A stretch of DNA of 64,000 nucleotides, taken from NCBI GenBank assembly GCA_023379805.1, contig JAMCPI010000017.1, positions 83,977 to 147,976 on the forward strand, written 5' to 3'. A program made the position numbers and the translations under genes. Below, in pieces: positions 21,120 to 30,973 of the stretch (position 1 is its first letter; every line of letters begins with the position of its first letter). The notes under the pieces were generated by a model. It was not told the origin of the DNA, did no database searches, and saw only the letters and a program-made list of their open reading frames with translations. Source of the DNA: Nitrososphaerota archaeon. GTDB taxonomy: Archaea > Thermoproteota > Nitrososphaeria > Nitrososphaerales > JACPRH01.

Positions 21120-22286
21120 TTAGCTCTTCCCGTATTTTTTGAACAGCAGCACACCTGCGATTAGCACGAGCACGCTTACTATGGATACGATTGCTAAGTC
21201 TGTCAGTATTGCAGGGCTTGTTACGGGTGCGCCGCGGAGGAATAGGGACGTTAACGCGTCAGTTACGTAGCGGCTGGGAACGAATTTGCTTACGTCCTGC
21301 ATGCTTCCTGATACAGGCATGAAGCTTCCCAGCATCATCTGCGGCATTATGAAGAGGAATGCTATGCCTGTTGCGGCGCCGGAGGACTTCGATACCGTGG
21401 CCGTGATTAAACCGAAGCCTACGCAGCAGAGCGAGAACACCAAGACAATTACAAAGGCTAACGCGAAGCTGAGAGTATTCACCAGCGGCCTGTAACCTAC
21501 TGCGTAAGCTATCGAGAACACCAGCGCAACCTGCAGCAGAGCCAGAAGCATATTCGAGAATATGTGGCTGGCCATAAACTCTGACGCCGATGTAGGTGTC
21601 GTATTGATTCTCCTCAGCAGTCCTCTTTCACGGGCCACCGTGAATGCTTGAGCAACAATCATTGTAAGGAAGATTGCCGCGTAAGCGAATAGTCCCGGAG
21701 CCATATAGTCGAAGGTTGTGAATTTAGCTGCCTGAACCATTGAAGGGCTTCCGAGCTGGATTGGTCTCGCGGGGTTTGCTGTGGCCGCCGAGCTTCTGTA
21801 AACGGAGGCTGCTAACGCCTGCTGAATGACTGGCGGAACAGCCTGAGTGACAATCATTGAGCCGCTGTCCAGATATAGGGGCACAGTGGTTGTTTTCCAA
21901 GCGTTCGGATCTGCAGGTGACCTGTTGTATAGTTCCGAGCTGTATCCGAAGCCTTCTGGGATGATGAGTACAGCTAGGATTTTTCCTTGGACTAGATCAG
22001 CTTGAGCTGTTTCGTTGCTGCTGTAGGTTTGCATCTTCAGAATCTTGGTGGCGTTAAGGTTGGATGTGAAGGCTTGAAGCCATTGTCCGCTGTCTGTTGA
22101 CTCATCCAGGTTCACTACTCCGATCTGGAAGGTTGACTGCTGGTCTCCGCCGATGGCTCCGAAGGATATTCCGAAGAGGAGGGTGAGCATTACAGGAAAC
22201 AGTATTACTATGAAGAGTGTCGCAGGTTCTCTTAGAATTATTTTCGTGTTGACTTTGAGTAGAGCCGCTACTCTTTGGAGATTCAT
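21120..22286 (-). CDS. ABC-2 type transporter permease
   Basis: N-terminal TM, a large extracytoplasmic loop and a C-terminal 5-TM bundle. Adjacent to the ATPase. Confidence 0.8.
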   Translation of the reverse strand: MNLQRVAALLKVNTKIILREPATLFIVILFPVMLTLLFGISFGAIGGDQQSTFQIGVVNLDESTDSGQWLQAFTSNLNATKILKMQTYSSNETAQADLVQGKILAVLIIPEGFGYSSELYNRSPADPNAWKTTTVPLYLDSGSMIVTQAVPPVIQQALAASVYRSSAATANPARPIQLGSPSMVQAAKFTTFDYMAPGLFAYAAIFLTMIVAQAFTVARERGLLRRINTTPTSASEFMASHIFSNMLLALLQVALVFSIAYAVGYRPLVNTLSFALAFVIVLVFSLCCVGFGLITATVSKSSGAATGIAFLFIMPQMMLGSFMPVSGSMQDVSKFVPSRYVTDALTSLFLRGAPVTSPAILTDLAIVSIVSVLVLIAGVLLFKKYGKS

Positions 22287-22290
22287 CTGT

Positions 22291-23046
22291 CTAGGCTCCC
22301 TCCCTGATTTTTCTGCCTGTTAGCTGAATGAAGACCTCTTCCAGATCTTTGGCTGCGAACTTCTCTTTGAGCTCAGAGGGCGTGCCTAACGCGATGAGCT
22401 TGCCGTGGTCGATTATGCCGACGGTGTCGCACAGCATCTCAGCCTCCTCCATATAGTGGGTTGTCAGGATCACAGTCTTCTGCTGCTTCTTCAACTCGGT
22501 TATGAAGTCCCATACAGCGTGTCGGGATTGAGGATCCATCGCCACCGTAGGCTCGTCGAGAAAGGCTATCTGGGGGTTGTGAACAACCGCCATAGCTAGG
22601 CTGATTCGGCGCTTCATACCTTCACTGTACTTGCCTACCCGTCTCTTCGCATCAGCCTCTAACCCCATAATTCCAAGCAGATGATCAGTGCTCTTCCTCA
22701 ACTCCTCTTTTGATAAACCGTGAAGGTTGCCGAAGAGCTCCACATTCTCTCTACCGGTTAAACTTGGGTATATCGCAGGCTCTTGGGGACAAACACCGAT
22801 AAGCTCCTTCACTTTCCCACTGCTCTTCCAAACATCGTGGCCGCCTACACTGGCGGAGCCGGCTGTCGGCTCCAGCAGACCGCATAGAATATTGATCGTG
22901 GTGGTCTTCCCGGATCCGTTGGGGCCAAGTAGACCGAAGAGCTGGCCCTCCTTCACTTGGAGGCTCATCTCGTCAACTGCTGTGACATCGCCGAACTTCT
23001 TAACGAGCCGGTCGATCACTATCGAATTCTTCAATCTCGCACCCAA
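22291..23046 (-). CDS. ABC transporter ATP-binding protein
   Basis: Walker A GPNGSGKTT, signature YSEGMKRR, Walker B IAFLDEPT. Confidence 0.9.
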   Translation of the reverse strand: MGARLKNSIVIDRLVKKFGDVTAVDEMSLQVKEGQLFGLLGPNGSGKTTTINILCGLLEPTAGSASVGGHDVWKSSGKVKELIGVCPQEPAIYPSLTGRENVELFGNLHGLSKEELRKSTDHLLGIMGLEADAKRRVGKYSEGMKRRISLAMAVVHNPQIAFLDEPTVAMDPQSRHAVWDFITELKKQQKTVILTTHYMEEAEMLCDTVGIIDHGKLIALGTPSELKEKFAAKDLEEVFIQLTGRKIREGA

Positions 23047-23189
23047 TATTATGTGCTGGGCAGGGTAGTTATTTCTATGTCAACCAGCTAGGAGATACAG
23101 CGGCAATTGCGCCGCGGCTTTCTGACCCCCTTTACCACGGTTGGTTGAGAAAATGTACATTCGTCTACTTGTTGAGGAACCGCTTCGGT

Positions 23190-24107
23190 TTACTTGGTGC
23201 TTCTTCCATGGGTCTGTTTGCCTTTCTCTATGAGGAGTTTGTCGCGCCAAGTGTCGTAAATGTAGCCTGTGAACGGGACGTTGAACATGTATGACGCGAC
23301 CGATTCTTCGCTGTGAATGTTTTGTAGTACCGCTTTTAAGTCCTTGAATGTGTTCGCCCAGACGAAGCCTAGTAGTAGGTTTGGAAGGTTGCTGAAGGAG
23401 AAGTAGAATAGGAAGTTTGGCCCATACTTCTGCATAAGTGATGCTCCTACCGAGTCCTTGTTAGCTGAGGGTTTGACTTTGAGGTGGGTCATTGCGAAGA
23501 TATCGTTGGAGGCGTCTGGGTACCACTCTATGGACAGCTCAATCAAGCCTTGATGCCGCATTTTCTCTAGTCGTCGATGAACGGTTTTGGCGGAGACGCC
23601 GAGTTCTTCAGCAACATCTGATGCAGCCTTCCTTGAATCCTTTCGCAGAGAACAGACTATCTGATAGTCCAACGGATGCAGAGCCTCATCTGCTTGAATA
23701 GGCGGCGCGTTGAATATCGCCACCACGGGATCCTCGATCTTCGCCTCATTTTTTACAAATGAGACGTGTTGATCAAGCTGCGAGATCTCCTTGATGCACG
23801 CGCCGATGTAAAGATAGTTTCCGCCCCCAAGTAACACCCAGTAGATTGAATCGTTTCTCCGTAGCTTCTCCTGAACACCGTCGATAGCTTCTAGGTTCGA
23901 CTTCCCGAAGACAAGCACCCTAACTCCGCCAAAAACAGCAGGGTTAATCTCGGCGGTGAACGCACGGATGATGCCGGCCTCAATCATCGCCTTAATCCGT
24001 TTGTGAACCGCGTTAATGGAAAGATCAAGCTTCTCAGCCAGCTCCCTGTAAGAGAGTCTTGAATTCATCATTAGAAGCTGGCAAAGCATGATGTCCTTTC
24101 TATCCAA
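23190..24107 (-). CDS. Tandem-domain Lrp/AsnC family transcriptional regulator
   Basis: Two HTH_AsnC-like modules: SYRELAEKLDLSINAVHKRIKAMIEAGII and ASDVAEELGVSAKTVHRRLEKMRHQGLI. Confidence 0.8.
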   Translation of the reverse strand: MDRKDIMLCQLLMMNSRLSYRELAEKLDLSINAVHKRIKAMIEAGIIRAFTAEINPAVFGGVRVLVFGKSNLEAIDGVQEKLRRNDSIYWVLLGGGNYLYIGACIKEISQLDQHVSFVKNEAKIEDPVVAIFNAPPIQADEALHPLDYQIVCSLRKDSRKAASDVAEELGVSAKTVHRRLEKMRHQGLIELSIEWYPDASNDIFAMTHLKVKPSANKDSVGASLMQKYGPNFLFYFSFSNLPNLLLGFVWANTFKDLKAVLQNIHSEESVASYMFNVPFTGYIYDTWRDKLLIEKGKQTHGRSTK

Positions 24108-24439
24108 CCTGCTTCACGAAACCCATCTACATAGTACAACATAAAGATGTTTGAAATATATTGAACTGCCAGTTATGTGTTGTTCATCCACTATTTCCAA
24201 ACCTTACAACGCGTCGAGATTACGCGTATAACCCACGTAGTGGCTACTATTCTTAGCCTGTACTTTAATCAGTTCCATGTGTTATTAGAAGTCATCTCAT
24301 AAATGGTATGATGGCTACTATGCAAACAACTTCCTTGCTGGGTTTCGTCGAGCTCGGATGCGTCATCTTATTGCTCGAGAGGTATTTATGAGATAACTTC
24401 TAGTTGGCTGAATTACGCCTCACTTTTGCATCATTATTT

Positions 24440-24527
24440 TGGTGCGGGGGGTGGGATTTGAACCCACGAACCCCTAAGGGACAGGGTCCTAAGCCCTGCG
24501 CCTTTGGCCAGGCTTGGCAACCCCCGC
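24440..24527 (-). tRNA. tRNA-Leu (anticodon TAG), long variable arm, genomically encoded CCA
   Basis: The reverse complement reads GCGGGGG-TT-GCC..GGC-..CAGGG-CTTAGGA-CCCTG-variable arm(CCCTTAGGG)-GTGGG-TTCAAAT-CCCAC-CCCCCGC-A-CCA. Confidence 0.9.
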
Positions 24528-24672
24528 GCACGCCGTTGATGCTCTGCCCTTCTTCGTTATGATATGAAGCTTTCTTCGATTTTCTCTGCTGATGGTTTCG
24601 GCTAGAATCGTTGAATGGTTCATTGGTATCTTTGGCAAAAGAGTTTTATGTTTAGAATTCGCTAAACTGTTT

Positions 24673-25281
24673 ATGTCAACTCAAACTAGGGTGGTGTCCT
24701 ATCAGGCTAGGAGCTTTGATTATCTTTTAGGGGCTCCGGGCTTCAGTGATGAGATGTTGAAGAATCATTTCACTTTGTATCAGGGTTATGTTAAGAACAC
24801 TAACTCTCTCTCTGAGACTCTCATGAATATGGTGAAGGCGGGTAACATGGGTACGCCTGAGTTCTCTGAGCTGAAGAGGCGTTTCGGCTGGGAGTGGGAC
24901 GGGATGCGTCTTCACGAGTATTACTTCGAGGGGATGAGTCGTAGCGGCGCTGAGCTTGAGGATGATTCGTCTCTAGGCAACAAGATTGCTGAGGACTTTG
25001 GAAGCTATGAAAACTGGGAGAAGGACTTCAAGGCCACAGGTAAGATTCGAGGCGTCGGCTGGGTTGCTCTCTACTTCGATCCACGTACTGATCGACTCAT
25101 TAACGCTTGGATCAATGAGCATGACACCGGCCATTTAGCTGGCTGCAACCTCCTTCTCATCATGGATGTCTTCGAGCACGCCTTCATGCATGATTACGGG
25201 CTCAACCGCGCGAACTACATTGATGCCTTCTTCAAAACAATAGATTGGAACGTAGTTTTAGAACGCTTCCCCCGCGAGTAG
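24673..25281 (+). CDS. Fe/Mn superoxide dismutase family protein (divergent)
   Basis: C-terminal DVFEHAFMHDY (compare D-x-W-E-H-A-Y-Y) and LHEYYF mid-motif. I moved the start to the ATG at 24673 (MSTQTR..). Confidence 0.7.
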   Translation: MSTQTRVVSYQARSFDYLLGAPGFSDEMLKNHFTLYQGYVKNTNSLSETLMNMVKAGNMGTPEFSELKRRFGWEWDGMRLHEYYFEGMSRSGAELEDDSSLGNKIAEDFGSYENWEKDFKATGKIRGVGWVALYFDPRTDRLINAWINEHDTGHLAGCNLLLIMDVFEHAFMHDYGLNRANYIDAFFKTIDWNVVLERFPRE

Positions 25282-25365
25282 GATGCAAACTACTATTACT
25301 CTATCTGGCGGCAACACACATAATTAGTCCAGCCGTCTAAGCTGCCATCTGAAGTGACTGATTAG

Positions 25366-26295
25366 ATGGCGAAAGGAAAGATAAGCCTAGGCCTCCTTCT
25401 ACCCACATCCGCCCATAAAGGCACCCCTAGATTCAGCAAGATCCTTGAGATGGCTGAAACAGCGGAGCACGCTGGTTTCGGCTCCCTCTGGGTTGGCGAC
25501 AGCCTTCTTCGACCAAGAATAGATGCGCTCATAACTCTGGCGGCAGCAGCTGCTCGAACTGAGAAGGTTAAGCTCGGAACCGCCACCCTCCTTCTACCGC
25601 TACGCAGCCCCGTTCTAGCCGCGCAAACAATCTCCTCACTGGATCATGTTTCCAACGGCCGAGTAATACTTGGAGTTGCTCCCGGCGGTGAGGACTCGAA
25701 GGACGAGTTCGACGCCTGCGGAGTACCGTTCGAAAACCGGGGCAGCAGGATGGATGAGCAGGTCAAGATTCTGCGGAAGCTCTGGACTGAGAACAACGTT
25801 AACTTCAACGGCAAATTCTACAACCTACCCAGTATTACGCTGGATCCTAAACCGGTTCAGAAGCCTTCGCCACCAGTTTGGATAGGCGGTGCCTCTGAAC
25901 GCACCTTCAAACGAGTAGCGGAGACCGGTGACGGATGGCTGCCCTTCGACCTCTCTCCGGAAGAGTATGAGAAGAACTGGAATCAGATCACCACCTTGGC
26001 GAAAGCAGCTGGGCGGAACCCCTCAGAAATCCACCCGTCAGTATACCTCTACACCAATCTAAAACCGCAGGGCAGCAAACCCGGTGCAGCCGACGACTTT
26101 TACATCGGCGGAATGCACGCGTCTACGCTTTCAACCCACGGCCGAGAACAGACCTACACCTCTCCAGATGAACTCATCAAAAAGATCAGCGTCTTCGCCG
26201 ACATCGGCGTGAGAACCGTCATACTCAGATTCGCCGCCCAAGACCCGATGGGGCAACTCAACGCCTGCGTAAAACAGGTAGTTCCATCGCTGTAA
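25366..26295 (+). CDS. LLM-class (luciferase-like) F420-dependent oxidoreductase
   Basis: FGSLWVGDSLL, TEKVKLGTATLLLPLRSPVLAAQ and RVILGVAPGG are typical of the LLM family. Confidence 0.8.
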   Translation: MAKGKISLGLLLPTSAHKGTPRFSKILEMAETAEHAGFGSLWVGDSLLRPRIDALITLAAAAARTEKVKLGTATLLLPLRSPVLAAQTISSLDHVSNGRVILGVAPGGEDSKDEFDACGVPFENRGSRMDEQVKILRKLWTENNVNFNGKFYNLPSITLDPKPVQKPSPPVWIGGASERTFKRVAETGDGWLPFDLSPEEYEKNWNQITTLAKAAGRNPSEIHPSVYLYTNLKPQGSKPGAADDFYIGGMHASTLSTHGREQTYTSPDELIKKISVFADIGVRTVILRFAAQDPMGQLNACVKQVVPSL

Positions 26296-26326
26296 GCCAA
26301 ACCACATATCAAAAAACATAGGAAAA

Positions 26327-26366
26327 GGTAGTGGCACCTGGGTTGAGTCTGAAGGTGCCAACTACC
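26327..26366. terminator. Hairpin between convergent genes
   Basis: GGTAGTGGCACC ... GGTGCCAACTACC (12-bp stem with one bulge) lies between the LLM stop and the stop of the 26395-26955 gene. Confidence 0.35.
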
Positions 26367-26394
26367 TGTGTCTCTGTTCGTTGCTTGTTTCCTT

Positions 26395-26955
26395 CTATTT
26401 CTCTGGTTGAGGTGTTATTGGGTGTCCGAGTTTTACTATCGAGATGTAGATGAGGTTCTGAGTTGAGTTGATATTGTTGTTGTCGTCGGTCATTTGGCCC
26501 TTCACCAGCATCATGATGTGTCCTTTTGCATGTTTGACTGTCGCGCCTTTCAGGTGAACGTCGTAATTGTTTCCATCAGCGTCCTGAACTTTTCCTTGGG
26601 CGTTGAAGCCGCGTTGGCTGACTGAACCGGTCCATGTGCCGTTTACTACCTTGTAGATTATTTTGGTGCCGTTATCCAAGATTACGATGCCTCCTTTTAC
26701 CGCCTCGATTCTGTGGGTACCGTTGGTCTTCGCTCCTTCTGCGTCAGTATCTTCTTCTCCTACCAGTCTTAGGTTGCTTCTGTGAGTCTCATTAGTGGCT
26801 TTGTCAGTCGCTATGCCTAATCCTAAGATGTTCAGACGGCGCTTTAGATCCGGGTTCTCAGACGCAGATGCTGAAAGCATTGGTGTCAGAGAAAGCGACA
26901 CTAACAGGACTGCTACTGCGGAGTAAGTGATTTTGCGTGTTATGGTCATACTCAT
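26395..26955 (-). CDS. Secreted hypothetical protein
   Basis: N-terminal signal-like helix (AVAVLLVSLSLTPMLSASA). No family motif. Confidence 0.45.
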   Translation of the reverse strand: MSMTITRKITYSAVAVLLVSLSLTPMLSASASENPDLKRRLNILGLGIATDKATNETHRSNLRLVGEEDTDAEGAKTNGTHRIEAVKGGIVILDNGTKIIYKVVNGTWTGSVSQRGFNAQGKVQDADGNNYDVHLKGATVKHAKGHIMMLVKGQMTDDNNNINSTQNLIYISIVKLGHPITPQPEK

Positions 26956-27167
26956 TTTTCCATCGTTATTCGGATATTGGTGAGGATAAGTAAGGAACTC
27001 GCCGGAACACCCTTACCATATATGTGGGAACGGTCGTTTCAAACTAGATATTTCAAGATTAATTGGTGGTGCGGGTGTCTGGTATTATTATCTGTGGATT
27101 GAGCTATATACGTTAATTATGTAGGTTGCTGATGAATACCTATATACTAAAGTTAGGTCATTAGGAA

Positions 27168-28358
27168 ATGGAGTATATGCAGAAGGGTAGCCGACAGGCA
27201 CTGCTGGCTGATGTTGCTGTCCGGCGGTGGTATGATCATATGGCTAAGAGTTCAGTGGTTACTACAGATGTATATCTTCGTAGGCTGGGGCATTTCTGCG
27301 AGCTCAACCGGACTACTCCTGGAAAGCTGGTTGCGATGCGCAGCAAGGATTTGGGTGACCTGCTTCTCAGTAATGTGGCTGAGCTTGAGGCGAAGCGTTA
27401 TGCTGGCAGCTATATTGAATCTACTTTGAAGGCGGTGAGGTCTTGGCTCGCATTCAACGGTGTCAAGGTTAAGACCAAGATTAAGGTGAAGGGGGCTCAG
27501 GCTACACCTTCTCTCAAGAATGAGCGGGTTCCGAGTAGAGACGAGCTTAGACGCATATTTCTTTCCGATAACAGAAAGTCGAGGGCTGCGGTTGCGCTTG
27601 TTGCACAGGCCGGGTTAAGGCTTGAGACGCTGGGCAACTACAAGGGTGATGATGGGCTAAAGATAGGTGATTTACCTGAGATGCGTATCGAGCGTGGAGT
27701 GGTTAGCTTCGCGAGGACTCCGACGCTGGTTGTTGTCCGGGATGAGCTCAGCAAGGGTCGGCATCAATACTTTACATTCCTTGCTGAAGAAGGCTGTGAA
27801 TACCTGAAGGATTACTTGGAGGAGCGGCTCAGAGGTGGGGAGATTCTCACAAAGGATTCTGCTATAATCACCCCCAAAGTTGCCAATAAGGAGTTTATTC
27901 GAACAATAAACATCGGCGATATGATTCGAGTCGCGGTTAGAAGCGCTGGTTTCCCTTGGAGACCGTATGTGCTGCGAGTATTCTTCGATACTCAGTTGAC
28001 AGCTGCTGAGAACAAGGGTCTGATGCCGCGTGAATACCACCGCTTCTTCATGGGTCATAAGGGTGAGATGGTGATCAAGTACTCGGCAAAAAAGCGCAGG
28101 CTTCCACGTGACACTGTTGAGGATATGCGGGGTGCTCTCGCTAAGGCTCAGAAGTATCTACAGACACGTAAACCTGAGGAGGAGATGGAGCAGGAGGTCA
28201 CCGTCAACATGAAGAGGCAGCTGTTGCTTGTTGGCGGGTACAGTAAGGAGGAGATTGAAGGGTTTAATCTGGAGCAGATGTCTGCTGAAGAGGTTCAGAC
28301 CAAAGTACGCGAAAAACTCTTAGCGATAATGCTGGCTGCAAAAACTGTCGTAAAATGA
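27168..28358 (+). mobile_element. Tyrosine recombinase / phage-type integrase
   Basis: N-terminal SAM-like domain. Catalytic-residue pattern: R in AQAGLRLETL, YVLRVFF (H/Y-x-x-R), FMGHKG (H) and MVIKYS (Y). Lies between two tRNA genes. Confidence 0.65.
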
Positions 28359-28424
28359 AGAGCCAAAGATAGACCTGACTGATCTATCTTCGACCCTGTA
28401 GATGTTTTAGCCGGGTGCAGCCGG

Positions 28425-28718
28425 TTACATTGTGCTGCTGGTTGCGAATTCGGACTCACGAGAAGTCGTGCGTGTACCTTGGCTCTTTATTCTGCCGAAT
28501 TCCTTCTCTACGTCTGCGGGGCTAGTGTATTGTTTGTCAGCGAGTTGTCTGAGGATGTCCATTACCTGATCGGGTGCTCCGTTCTCTTCTGCGTGGTCGA
28601 TTAGCTCATTCTTGTCTGCTGGATAATCGATGCCCTTGAGGTAGACCTGTATCTTGGCTGCGCTCACCTTTTCGCTCTCCATTGAAGCTCTTCCACCTTT
28701 TTGCTGGGGGGTTGCCAT
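28425..28718 (-). CDS. DUF2795 family protein (paralog A)
   Basis: IQVYLKGIDYPADKNELIDHAEENGAPDQVMDILRQL is the DUF2795 pattern. GGAGGTGA SD upstream. Confidence 0.8.
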   Translation of the reverse strand: MATPQQKGGRASMESEKVSAAKIQVYLKGIDYPADKNELIDHAEENGAPDQVMDILRQLADKQYTSPADVEKEFGRIKSQGTRTTSRESEFATSSTM

Positions 28719-28766
28719 TTACTTTGTCACCTCCTCTTCCTTTTAGGTTGAAGAGCGGAACCGAGA

Positions 28767-28817
28767 CTAATAAGAGTTTTGAACCCAAAAACAGGTGGAA
28801 CGTAATAGACTTGAACC
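28767..28817 (-). promoter_or_regulatory. Conserved 51-nt upstream element, copy A (promoter-like TTATTAG plus two GGTTCAA boxes)
   Basis: 41/51 nt identical, without gaps, to 33341-33391. Sits 48 nt upstream of the DUF2795-A start. Confidence 0.5.
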
Positions 28818-28923
28818 AGAAACAGTCCATACAACATAGATATAACGAAAATTCCCCTATTGTAGTATAATTATCTAGATGCGAAATTGAGCTCAACAGA
28901 CTCCTGTCTGTTACTAAGGTTGC

Positions 28924-30963
28924 TTACGTGGAGGTTTTCACCCAAGCCCGCAGGAACTCCGCAACGCTCCAGGCTTGAGATATGCAGCCGCGAGGTGTGA
29001 AAGGCGGATCAGCGTCGCCGATCTCGCTTATGGAGCCTATGCAGGCTTGGCTTAGATGCGTTTCTATTTCGCCTAGTATCTTCCGTGCACCCGCTTTATC
29101 TTCAGGATACACTTTGAGGTAGGCGTCGATGAAGGGACCTAGTAGCCAGGGCCACACCGTGCCTTGATGGTAGGCTGCGTCGCGCGCTCTTATGTCGCCA
29201 TAATATCTTGGTTTGTAATCCGGATTATCCGGGGATAGGGTTCGCAGCCCTACTGGTGTAAGGAGCTTTTCTGAAACCTCTTCGATAACCGGGCGCCACC
29301 TGTTTTCGTTGAGAACCGGGTAGGGAAGCGAAATAGCCAGCAGCTGGTTTGGACGACAAGCGGCATCATCGCCGCCCCGGTCTCCGTCAACGACATCATA
29401 CAGGTATCCGCCAGCTTCGTACCAGAACCTTCTGTTGAACGACTCCTTAGATCTCTCCGCATGTATAGCCATTGCCTCCGCGTCCTTCCCCCTTCCCACT
29501 TTACTGCACCACTGCTCTAACAGGCGGAGCGCGTTGTACCAGAGCGCGTTAATCTCAACCGCCTTACCTCTCCGAGGCGTTACAACCCAGTCTCCAACCT
29601 TGGCATCCATCCATGTAAGCGGAAGATCCTGTTCTCCCTGAGTGAGAAGCCCATCCGCCGGATCGACCCTGATGTTGAAGCGTGTACCTCGGAGATGGTA
29701 ATCCACGATCTCGAGGAGCTTCGGCAGAAGATGCGTAAGCGTCGCTTTATCTTTAGTGTACTCCAGATAGCGGCCAAGAGCGTGGAAGAACCAAAGCGTA
29801 GCGTCCGCAGTATTGTAACGAGCCTCCTCCTGTCCCTCAGGGAACATGTTCGGGATTAAGCCGTCGCGAATGTAGCTGCCGAAGGTTCGCAGGATCCACC
29901 CCGCCTCAGCGTATCTACCTGTCAGCAGAGTTAATCCTTCAAGGCTTATCATGGTGTCTCTTCCCCAGTCTGCGAACCAGTGGTAACCCGCGATTACTGT
30001 GCGGATTTCGTCGCCGCGGGCGTTGATGCGAGCAGTATCTTGCTGCCTAGTCACCGGTATCACAATGAACTGATCAGCAGCAAGCGCAAGCTCAGCCGGC
30101 AAACCCTCCCTAGCTTCAGGGTGCACAGCGCCAAGCATGAATTCGCGGCGAGTTGACTCTGCAGTAAACGCCTGATTGGATGTGAGCGCCTGAATTATAT
30201 CTGGTGATTCGGTGGATGCTATTAGCACAGCCTTTTCTCCCGGGGACAGGTTGATGCTGAAGAAACCTGGGCTCCAGAGATTCTCTTTGCTTTCGTAACC
30301 CAGGCTTGCCTCCACCCTGTAAATGAGCTCTTCAACAGTGATTCGATCCAGTGTAAAAGGCGCATCATGACCTTCTACAAGCATCCTTAGTGTTGGGAGC
30401 CCAGGGCCAGCGGACACCTCGCAGATGTCGTCAACGAACCTAACTGAGTAAGAGAAACCTGGTGAAGTTGTCACCAGTTGACTTTGAGGACGGAAATGCA
30501 GACAGGGCCGTAAATCCAGTTTAACGGGGGCGTTTCCTGAAAGAGTGTAGCTTAACTGAACTGTGTTCTGCCTGTAGCGAAGCAGCACTCTTCTTTCGAT
30601 GGCGACACCGTTAGCTTCATAACGCCACACCGGCAGGCCCATCTCAAGCCTGAAGCTGGTCAGAAAACAGGCGCCGTGCATCTGCAGCGAGCAGCTCAAC
30701 CGCTCCTCTCCGCTTAGCTGCGTCTTTGCACCGTCAGGGAAGGTAATGGACTCCAAGACATTGTTCAGCAAAACTGTTCTGCCAAGCGGCGAGGGGAGAG
30801 CGGCTATCAGGAAACCGTGGTAGCGGCGCGTCGTCACTCCAGAGATTGTTCCAGAAGCGTAGCCGCCAAGCCCGTTAGTTACAATCCACTCACGGGTGAG
30901 AAGCGGCTCAGGGTTAAGCAGCTCCCTATCAGACCACGGTATCTCTCGTTTAATCGAGGCCAT
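28924..30963 (-). CDS. Glycogen debranching enzyme, archaeal type (amylo-alpha-1,6-glucosidase family)
   Basis: N-terminal REWIVTNGLGGYASGTISGVTTRRYHG, and a C-terminal GDE_C-like (alpha/alpha)6 region with WFADWGRDT. Confidence 0.88.
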   Translation of the reverse strand: MASIKREIPWSDRELLNPEPLLTREWIVTNGLGGYASGTISGVTTRRYHGFLIAALPSPLGRTVLLNNVLESITFPDGAKTQLSGEERLSCSLQMHGACFLTSFRLEMGLPVWRYEANGVAIERRVLLRYRQNTVQLSYTLSGNAPVKLDLRPCLHFRPQSQLVTTSPGFSYSVRFVDDICEVSAGPGLPTLRMLVEGHDAPFTLDRITVEELIYRVEASLGYESKENLWSPGFFSINLSPGEKAVLIASTESPDIIQALTSNQAFTAESTRREFMLGAVHPEAREGLPAELALAADQFIVIPVTRQQDTARINARGDEIRTVIAGYHWFADWGRDTMISLEGLTLLTGRYAEAGWILRTFGSYIRDGLIPNMFPEGQEEARYNTADATLWFFHALGRYLEYTKDKATLTHLLPKLLEIVDYHLRGTRFNIRVDPADGLLTQGEQDLPLTWMDAKVGDWVVTPRRGKAVEINALWYNALRLLEQWCSKVGRGKDAEAMAIHAERSKESFNRRFWYEAGGYLYDVVDGDRGGDDAACRPNQLLAISLPYPVLNENRWRPVIEEVSEKLLTPVGLRTLSPDNPDYKPRYYGDIRARDAAYHQGTVWPWLLGPFIDAYLKVYPEDKAGARKILGEIETHLSQACIGSISEIGDADPPFTPRGCISQAWSVAEFLRAWVKTST

Positions 30964-30973
30964 CGCAGCTCAC

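Noticed and set aside
24592-24672. A 27-codon N-terminal extension of the SOD-like ORF.
   Set aside because: The extension runs almost to the tRNA-Leu gene and is not part of the SOD fold. The ATG at 24673 gives a typical-length protein.
27064-27080. The string ttggtggtgcgggtgtc just upstream of the integrase, considered as an att copy of the tRNA-Leu or tRNA-Val 3' end.
   Set aside because: Only about 9-10 contiguous or near-contiguous matches (tggtgcggg / tggtgg..cggg). This is too short to distinguish from chance without a computed repeat search.
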